Shown: positions 57,645-64,000 of the stretch, in pieces
Layout of the letters: the number at the start of each line of letters is the position of its first letter
Position numbering within the stretch: the stretch's first letter is position 1
NCBI GenBank assembly: GCA_965116475.1
Contig: OZ220691.1
Location: forward strand, 2,016,001 to 2,080,000
Source of the DNA: Gemmatimonadota bacterium
GTDB lineage: Bacteria > Gemmatimonadota > Gemmatimonadetes > Palauibacterales > Palauibacteraceae
Direction: 5' to 3'
DNA: 64,000 nucleotides
Position numbers and translations under genes: made by a program
Notes under the pieces: model-generated
What the model was told of the DNA's origin: nothing
Seen by the model: the letters and a program-made list of their open reading frames with translations, nothing else
The model's database searches: none

Positions 57645-60600
57645 AGACGGAGCCGGCGGTCCTCGTGAGCCGGTCCTCTTCCACGTCGACGACGTCCCGC
57701 GCCTGGAGGCTGTGGACCGTGTGCCGGCGGTGGCGAAGGGCGATGATCGCGTCGGCGGCCGCGGAGGCCGCGGAGAGCGTCGTCGTGTAGGGCACGCGGC
57801 GCGAGACGGCGGCGCGGCGGATCATGTAGTCGTCGTACTGGGCGTGCTTGCCGAGCGGGGTGTTCAGGAGCAGCTGCACTTCGCCCGACACGATGCGGTC
57901 GAGGAGGTTCGGGCGTCCCTCGTGCACCTTGAGGATGCGCTCGCTCGGCACCCCGCGGCCGCGCAGGTACCGCGCCGTCCCCTCCGTGGCGAGGACGTTG
58001 AAGCCCAGTTCGTGGAAGCGGCGCGCGATCGGGACCATGTTCGGCTTGTCCTGGTCGTGCACCGTGATCGCGACCGCTCCCTCCGTCGGCAGCCCCTGGT
58101 AGGCGGAGATCTGGGACTTTGCGAACGCGAGTCCGAAGCTGTCCGCGTATCCCATGACCTCGCCCGTGGACCGCATCTCCGGGCCGAGCACGGTATCCGC
58201 GTCCGGGATCTTGTCGAAGGGGAGCACGGCCTCCTTCACGGAGACCTGGTGCGGGATGAGTTCGTCCCCGAGTCCGAGGTCGGCGAGCTTCACGCCGGCG
58301 AGCACGCGCGCGGCCACCCGCGCGAGCGGGACCCCCGTCGCCTTGCTGACGAACGGCACGGTGCGGCTCGCGCGCGGGTTCACCTCGAGCACGTAGACCG
58401 TCTTCTCGTGCACGGCGAACTGCACGTTGATGAGTCCCCGGACGTCCAGCGCGAGCGCGAAGTCCCGCGTGAAGCGGCGCATGGCCTCCATGTCGACGTC
58501 GCGCAGGAGGTAGGGCGGCAGGACGCAGGCGGAGTCGCCGGAGTGTACGCCGGCATCCTCGATGTGCTGCATGATCCCGCCGATGAGGACCGTCTCCCCG
58601 TCGCACACCGCGTCGACGTCCGCCTCGAAAGCGTCCTCGAGGAACCGGTCCAGGAGCACGGGATGTTCCGGAGAGGCCTGCACCGCGCGCACGAAGTACT
58701 CCCGCAGCGACACCGGGTCGTAGACGATCTCCATGGCGCGGCCGCCGAGCACGTAGCTGGGGCGGACGAGCACGGGATACCCGATGTTCTCCGCGATCGC
58801 CAGCGCCTCTTCGATGCTCGTCGCGGTCCCGCCCGGCGGCATCGGCACCCCGAGTTCGCGGCACAGTTCGTCGAAGCGGCGGCGGTCCTCGGTGCGGTCG
58901 ATCGACTCGACGCTCGTCCCGAGGATGGGGACGCCGAGTTGCTCGAGCTTGCGCGCGATCGTGAGCGGCGTCTGTCCCCCGAACTGGACGATGACCCCCT
59001 CGGGCTTCTCCTGCTCGACGATCGCGAGCACGTCCTCCACCGTGAGCGGCTCGAAGTAGAGCTTGTTCGAGATGTCGAAGTCGGTGGACACGGTCTCGGG
59101 ATTCGAGTTGATCATGATCGTCTCGAACCCTTCGTCGCGCAGCGCGAGCGAGGCCGACACGCAGCAGTAGTCGAACTCGATGCCCTGTCCGATGCGGTTC
59201 GGCCCGCTGCCGAGGATGATGATCTTGCGCCGCTCCGAGCGCTCGGATTCGTTCTCGTCCTCGTAGGTCGAGTAGAGGTAGGGCGTGGCGGCCGGGAATT
59301 CGCCCGCGCAGGTGTCGACCGTCTTGTAGACGGGCCGGAGCTCCGCGCCGTGGCGCACCTCGCGCACCTCGGCCTCCGGGATCCCGCGCAACTGTCCCAT
59401 CTCCGCGTCGCCGAAGCCGATGCGCTTCAGCCGTTCGACGTCCTCCGGCGTGACCTCCCCGGCCGCCGCGAAGGCCTGGCCCTCGCGCACGAGTTCCTCG
59501 AGCTGGGAGAGGAACCAGGGGTCGATTCCCGTGATCCGGTTGATCTCGTCCACGGAGAGGCCGGCCTGGAAGGCGCGGTAAAGCTGGAAGGGGCGCTCGG
59601 GCGTGGCGGTGCGGATCGCCGCCCGCACCGTGTCGACGGCATCGTCCTCGAGGCGGTCCGCGTCCGGGTCCGGGGAGGGGAGCCACCCCGAGCGCCCGTT
59701 CTCGAGCGCGCGGAAGCCCTTCAGCCACGCCTGCTGGAACGTGCGCCCGATCGCCATCACCTCGCCCACGGCCTTCATCTGCACGCCGAGCGTGGCGTCC
59801 GCCTTCGGGAACTTCTCGAACGCGAAGCGCGGGATCTTCACGACCATGTAGTCGAGCACCGGCTCGAAGCAGGAGGGCGTCACCTGGGTGATCGCGTTCG
59901 GGATCTCGTCGAGGCGGTAGCCGACCGCGAGCTTGGCGCCGATGCGTGCGATGGGGAACCCGGTCGCCTTCGACGCGAGCGCCGAACTGCGGGACACCCT
60001 CGGGTTCATCTCGATGACGAGCATCTGTCCCGTCGTGGGGTGCACGGCGAACTGGATGTTGCAGCCGCCCGCGTCCACGCCGATCTCGCGGATGCAGGCG
60101 ATGGCCGCGTCCCGCATCGCCTGGTACTCGCGGTCGGAGAGGGTCAGCGCCGGCGCGACGGTGATCGAGTCGCCCGTGTGCACGCCCATGGCGTCGAAGT
60201 TCTCGATCGAGCAGACGATGACGACGTTGTCCGCCCGGTCCCGCATCACCTCGAGCTCGAACTCCTTCCAGCCGATGATGCTGCGGTCGATGAGCACCTC
60301 GCCGATGGGCGACGAGCGGATGCCGGAGCGGACGAGATCCTCGAACTCCTCGCGGTTGTAGGCGGTGCTGCCGCCGGTGCCGCCGAGGGTGAAGGAGGGC
60401 CGGATGATGGCGGGGAATCCCGTGTCCTCGACCAGCGTGAGCGCCTCGCCGAGCGAGCGGGCGAACCCTCCCGCCGGCAGTTCGAGCCCGATGCGCTGCA
60501 TGGCTTCGGCGAACTGCTCCCGGTCCTCGGCGAGCTGGATCGCCCGCACGTCGGCGCCGATCAGCTCCACCCCGTGCTCGTCGAGCACGCCGCGTTCGGC

Positions 60601-60906
60601 CAGTTCGAGTGCGACGTTGAGCGCCGTCTGGCCGCCCATGGTCGGGATGAGCGCGTCCGGCTTCTCCGCCTCGATGACCCGCTCGACCCAGTTGGCCGTC
60701 AGCGGCTCGATGTAGGTCGCGTCGGCGATGTCGGGGTCCGTCATGATCGTGGCGGGATTCGAGTTCACGAGGATGACTCGATATCCCTCCTCGCGGAGCG
60801 CACGGCAGGCCTGCGTCCCGGAGTAGTCGAACTCGCAGGCCTGGCCGATCACGATCGGGCCGGAGCCTATGAGAAGGATCGAAGAGATGTCGTCGCGGCG
60901 TGGCAT
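57643..60906 (-). CDS. carB: Carbamoyl-phosphate synthase large subunit
   Basis: [55 protein letters not shown] domain. Confidence 0.98.
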   Translation of the reverse strand: MPRRDDISSILLIGSGPIVIGQACEFDYSGTQACRALREEGYRVILVNSNPATIMTDPDIADATYIEPLTANWVERVIEAEKPDALIPTMGGQTALNVALELAERGVLDEHGVELIGADVRAIQLAEDREQFAEAMQRIGLELPAGGFARSLGEALTLVEDTGFPAIIRPSFTLGGTGGSTAYNREEFEDLVRSGIRSSPIGEVLIDRSIIGWKEFELEVMRDRADNVVIVCSIENFDAMGVHTGDSITVAPALTLSDREYQAMRDAAIACIREIGVDAGGCNIQFAVHPTTGQMLVIEMNPRVSRSSALASKATGFPIARIGAKLAVGYRLDEIPNAITQVTPSCFEPVLDYMVVKIPRFAFEKFPKADATLGVQMKAVGEVMAIGRTFQQAWLKGFRALENGRSGWLPSPDPDADRLEDDAVDTVRAAIRTATPERPFQLYRAFQAGLSVDEINRITGIDPWFLSQLEELVREGQAFAAAGEVTPEDVERLKRIGFGDAEMGQLRGIPEAEVREVRHGAELRPVYKTVDTCAGEFPAATPYLYSTYEDENESERSERRKIIILGSGPNRIGQGIEFDYCCVSASLALRDEGFETIMINSNPETVSTDFDISNKLYFEPLTVEDVLAIVEQEKPEGVIVQFGGQTPLTIARKLEQLGVPILGTSVESIDRTEDRRRFDELCRELGVPMPPGGTATSIEEALAIAENIGYPVLVRPSYVLGGRAMEIVYDPVSLREYFVRAVQASPEHPVLLDRFLEDAFEADVDAVCDGETVLIGGIMQHIEDAGVHSGDSACVLPPYLLRDVDMEAMRRFTRDFALALDVRGLINVQFAVHEKTVYVLEVNPRASRTVPFVSKATGVPLARVAARVLAGVKLADLGLGDELIPHQVSVKEAVLPFDKIPDADTVLGPEMRSTGEVMGYADSFGLAFAKSQISAYQGLPTEGAVAITVHDQDKPNMVPIARRFHELGFNVLATEGTARYLRGRGVPSERILKVHEGRPNLLDRIVSGEVQLLLNTPLGKHAQYDDYMIRRAAVSRRVPYTTTLSAASAAADAIIALRHRRHTVHSLQARDVVDVEEDRLTRTAGSV

Positions 60907-60951
60907 CGGGCGCGCAAGTTATTCGGTCGGACGGCGGATCGCAGCCCCCGC

Positions 60952-61833
60952 CTACCGCATGAGAAGCGAGATTTCGCGCAGGACCCAGACGGGCGTCACG
61001 CGCCCGTCGCGAAGGGCGGGGGAGAAGAGCAGTCCGCGGGCCGCCCGCACGGCGGCCGCGTCGAAGGCCTGGTCGCCGGATGAGACCTGGATCGCGGTCG
61101 CCTCGACCCGTCCGTCGGTCCGCACGAGAATCCAGATGGAGGCCGCGATGTCCGCGTCGAGCCCCTCACCGCGGATCACCGGCAGCAGGGTCGTCGCGAG
61201 CGCGGCCTCGGCGTCGGTGTCCCACACGAGGCGGGGCGGCTCGTCGACGGCGACGTAGGCGGGGCCCGATGCGCGGAGTGCCGCCAACTCCGCGGCGACC
61301 GCGGCCCGGGCCGTCTCGATGGCCGCCAGCGAGTCGCGGCGGGCGGCGGCGATCAGCGAGTCCCGGAGCGCGGCGGCCCGCTCGGCCTGGAGGATGGAGT
61401 CGCGGCGCGCGGCCGCGGCCCGCTCGGCCCTGGCGATCGAGTCCTGCCGTGCGGCCTCACGCTCGGCCCTGGCGATCGAGTCCTGGCGCGCGGCTTCACG
61501 TTCGGCCCTCGCGATCGAATCCTGCCGCGCGGCCTCCCGTTCGGCCCTGGCGATCGAATCCTGCTGTGCGGCGTCCGCCGTGGCCGAGTCGGCGGCCACC
61601 GGCTCGGGCGGGCGCATCGCGCGCGGGATGGGGAGGAAACACGACGCGGCCCCCAGCGCGGCCAGCGTCACCAGGAGGATCCGTCCCCCGCGGCGCCCTT
61701 CCCTCAGCTCTCTCCGCCTCGCTTGGCGCCTTCCTTGCGCCAGGCGACCGACGCGAGGACGGCGAGTCCTCCCCAGACGAATCCGAGGATGAGGATCATC
61801 ATGACGATCGTCGTCGTGGTCATGCTCGGGCAC
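60952..61833 (-). CDS. TonB C-terminal domain lipoprotein with 13-aa helical repeat linker (start uncertain)
   Basis: LGAASC lipobox-like; (QDSIARAEREAAR)x4; VRTDGRV...VSSGDQAFDAAAVRAA...FSPA..DG..TPVWV. Confidence 0.75.
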   Translation of the reverse strand: MPEHDHDDDRHDDPHPRIRLGRTRRPRVGRLAQGRRQARRRELREGRRGGRILLVTLAALGAASCFLPIPRAMRPPEPVAADSATADAAQQDSIARAEREAARQDSIARAEREAARQDSIARAEREAARQDSIARAERAAAARRDSILQAERAAALRDSLIAAARRDSLAAIETARAAVAAELAALRASGPAYVAVDEPPRLVWDTDAEAALATTLLPVIRGEGLDADIAASIWILVRTDGRVEATAIQVSSGDQAFDAAAVRAARGLLFSPALRDGRVTPVWVLREISLLMR

Positions 61834-62413
61834 CTCCTGGGCCGTTCAGGCCGAGATCTTCCGCCGCAAGCTGCATGGCGGCGATGACGAAGGCGATGTG
61901 CTCGCCCATGTCTTCGCCCAGTTCAGCGCAATTCTCCAGCATTTCGTCGCGGCTGATCGCGGCGGCGAACGCCTTGTCCTTCATCTTCTTTCTCACCGAG
62001 CGGGTCTTCATGCCGGCGAGCCGCGTCGGCCGCACCAGGGCACAGGCGGTGATGAAGCCGGTGAGTTCGTCCACGGCCCGGAGCGCCTTCGACATCGGCG
62101 TCGTCGCTTCGACATCCGTGTAGTCCGCGTGGGCCATGATCGTCTCGAGGATGTCCTCGTCCACCCCCTTTTCGCGGAGGATGGCGACCCCGGTCGAGGG
62201 ATGCTCCGAATCGGGCGCGTGGTCGTGGTTGGGCCAGCGCTCGTAGTCGAAGTCGTGCAGCAGGCCCGCCACGCCCCAGCGGTCCTCGTCCTCGCCGTAT
62301 TTCCTCGCGTAGGCGCGCATGGCGGCTTCCACCGCCAGCATGTGGCGCCGGAGCCCGGGACTCTCGGTGTATTCGTGCACGATCGCGAGCGCTTCATCCC
62401 GTGTCGGGAGCAT
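61820..62413 (-). CDS. HD/HDIG-domain hydrolase
   Basis: RRHMLAVEAAM, GLLHDFDYE, AVDELTGFI.ACALVRP, KKMKDKAFAA. Confidence 0.9.
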   Translation of the reverse strand: MLPTRDEALAIVHEYTESPGLRRHMLAVEAAMRAYARKYGEDEDRWGVAGLLHDFDYERWPNHDHAPDSEHPSTGVAILREKGVDEDILETIMAHADYTDVEATTPMSKALRAVDELTGFITACALVRPTRLAGMKTRSVRKKMKDKAFAAAISRDEMLENCAELGEDMGEHIAFVIAAMQLAAEDLGLNGPGGARA

Positions 62414-62419
62414 CCGTCG

Positions 62420-62896
62420 TCACTCTCCTCCAGTGGTGTTGCCGGCCGTCTCGTGCAGCGCGTCCAGGAAGCGCCGCGGCTCGCTCTGGCTGACGAGCAG
62501 CGAGTACCCGTCGAGCGTGGGAATGTACACGACCCGACGGCGGTCCGTGAGGTAGAGGAGCGCCTTCTCCCCGCCGCGGAGCCGGAACCAGCCCGCGGAG
62601 TAGCCGCCGAGCGCCGTCCCCATGGTGCGCCGGCGCGGGACGAGGTCGGGCTCGCCGCGCAGGTCCACGATCCGCGCGTCGTCGAGCTCGAGGCGGTCGA
62701 GGGGGATCGTTCGGCCCCACAGGTCTCCCACCAGCTTCAGGCCCGCGGGCGAGACTTCGGCCCGGCTGTGCCTCGTCGACCACGCCGCCCAGCCCAACAT
62801 GAGTGTCACGCCGATGAGGACGACGATGATGATGATGAAGAACCAGAGGATACCGCGCCCGGAGGCCGGCGGAATCGGGAATACCTGCATGGTCAT
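62420..62896 (-). CDS. Bacterial PH-domain membrane protein
   Basis: Single TM then P.RRT.GT.LGGY.AGWFRL..GEKAL.YLTD..RVVYIPT..GY.LL.S. Confidence 0.8.
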   Translation of the reverse strand: MTMQVFPIPPASGRGILWFFIIIIVVLIGVTLMLGWAAWSTRHSRAEVSPAGLKLVGDLWGRTIPLDRLELDDARIVDLRGEPDLVPRRRTMGTALGGYSAGWFRLRGGEKALLYLTDRRRVVYIPTLDGYSLLVSQSEPRRFLDALHETAGNTTGGE

Positions 62897-62918
62897 GCCT
62901 CGCAATCCGGGGCCCGCG

Positions 62919-64000
62919 TCACCGCTGTCTGCCCCGCGCGTCGGAGTCGAGAAGGGTGGCCCGCTTGAGCGCGTCCCGGCCGAAGCGGTCCGCCACGGCG
63001 TCCATCGTCTTCGCCAGTTCGCGCCGCGCGGGGCCGTCGCCCGCAGCGCGATCTGTGTCGTCCAGGAGCCCCAGTTGCTCGCCCTCGGGGTGGTCGAAGC
63101 CGGAGAGGCTGACCCCGATGAGCCGGACGAGGCGGCGGGGGTCGTCGGCCTCCCGGAACAGCTGGCGCGCGATGGGCCAGATGGTCTCGGTCATGTCCGC
63201 CGGCCGTTCGAGCGTTCGCTGGCGCGTGTGCGTCTCGAAGCCGTCCCAGCGGAGCTTCAACTGCACCGTGCGTCCCGCGATCCCCTTCTTGCGCAACGAC
63301 CGCCCGACCCCCTCGCAGAGGGCGAGCAGGGTGCGCTCCACGCGGGCGCGGTCCTCGACGTCCTGCGGGAAGGTGACTTCCTTGCCGAGCGACTTTCGCC
63401 CCGGCCTGGGGTCGACCCTCCGAACGTCGAGGCCGTTCGCGAGTTCGTGCAGCCGCCGCCCCAGCTTGCGGCCCAGCGACGCCTCGAGGAACTCGGGCTT
63501 GTTGCGCGCCACGTCCCCGATCGTCTTGAAGCCGAGCCGCGCGAGCCGGGCCTGCATCTTGGGCCCCGCCCCCCAGAGCCGAGAGACGGAGAGCGGCGCG
63601 AGGAACTCCCGCTCGGTCCCCGGGGGTACGACGACGAGCGCGTCCGGTTTTCTGAGGTCGCTCGCGACCTTCGCGACGTACTTGTTGGAGGCGACGCCGA
63701 CGGAGGCCGTGAGCCGCTCCTCCTCGGCGATCCGCTGACGGATGCGGGCCGCGATCTCCGGTCCCGCGCCGAACAGCCGCCGGCTCGCCGTCACGTCGAG
63801 GAAGGCCTCGTCCAGCGAGATCGTCTCCACCTGGTCGGTGAAGGAGCGGAAGATGTCGAAGATGCGACCGGAGACCGCCGCGTAGAAGGCGATGCGCGGG
63901 CGCACGTAGACGCCGTCGGGGCAGCGGCGCCACGCCTGCGAGATCGGCATGGCTGAGTGGATGCCGTAGCGCCGGGCCTCGTAGTTGGCCGTCGAGACGA
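62919..64000 (-). CDS. dinB: DNA polymerase IV, 5' partial
   Basis: STANYEARRYGIHSAMP, SLDEAFLD, SVGVASNK..AKVASD..KPD, VRLIGV. Confidence 0.95.
   Translation of the reverse strand, partial: VSTANYEARRYGIHSAMPISQAWRRCPDGVYVRPRIAFYAAVSGRIFDIFRSFTDQVETISLDEAFLDVTASRRLFGAGPEIAARIRQRIAEEERLTASVGVASNKYVAKVASDLRKPDALVVVPPGTEREFLAPLSVSRLWGAGPKMQARLARLGFKTIGDVARNKPEFLEASLGRKLGRRLHELANGLDVRRVDPRPGRKSLGKEVTFPQDVEDRARVERTLLALCEGVGRSLRKKGIAGRTVQLKLRWDGFETHTRQRTLERPADMTETIWPIARQLFREADDPRRLVRLIGVSLSGFDHPEGEQLGLLDDTDRAAGDGPARRELAKTMDAVADRFGRDALKRATLLDSDARGRQR

Noticed and set aside
57559..61083. 1174-aa + strand ORF and many other long ORFs antisense or out of frame to real genes
   Set aside because: Shadow ORFs expected at ~70% GC; Arg/Gly/Pro-rich with no motifs, and opposite well-supported genes such as carB.
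61380..61570. 39-bp periodic repeat as a CRISPR array
   Set aside because: No unique spacers, in-frame coding with synonymous variation, and no cas genes.

Overview
High-GC (~70%) bacterial chromosomal window with no rRNA, tRNA, CRISPR array or intact transposase that I could see. The gene content resembles Gemmatimonadota/FCB bacteria, possibly a Palauibacterales-like host-associated lineage (inference). Left part (0-23 kb): a blaI regulator with two tandem BlaR1/M56-TonB sensors, four secreted CarboxypepD_reg + barrel-less 'plug' proteins, a MATE transporter, a serine hydrolase, an ABC-2 exporter running into tupABC, ubiE/menG, a VWA protein and two orphan antitoxin-like genes. Middle (23-45 kb): trpE, rocD, then an ECF sigma / anti-sigma / HEAT-repeat operon heading seven secreted 6-bladed beta-propeller genes. 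That array is interrupted by an antisense HEPN Abi_2 (AbiF-like) gene with a structured leader and is followed by hicBA and two tandem DUF2723 (TMEM260-like) glycosyltransferases. Right (45-64 kb): FAD oxidase, amidohydrolase, argG-argH-argR with an ARG box, mog, folE2, a Zrg-like metal ABC system, an M20 amidohydrolase, carB, a repeat-rich TonB protein, HD and PH proteins, and a partial dinB. Most notable: (1) the ECF promoter and leader reappear inside the propeller array, fused to a relic gene junction; (2) the Abi HEPN gene has a hairpin leader that is a candidate RNA antitoxin; (3) tandem DUF2723 enzymes co-occur with arrays of Bacteroidota-type D-S/T-hydrophobic O-glycosylation sequons in secreted proteins; (4) a BlaI/M56-TonB/free-plug module has no barrel; (5) short tandem duplications are pervasive at start and stop codons; (6) a dispersed 18-20 bp palindrome is tied to DUF222/HNH relics.
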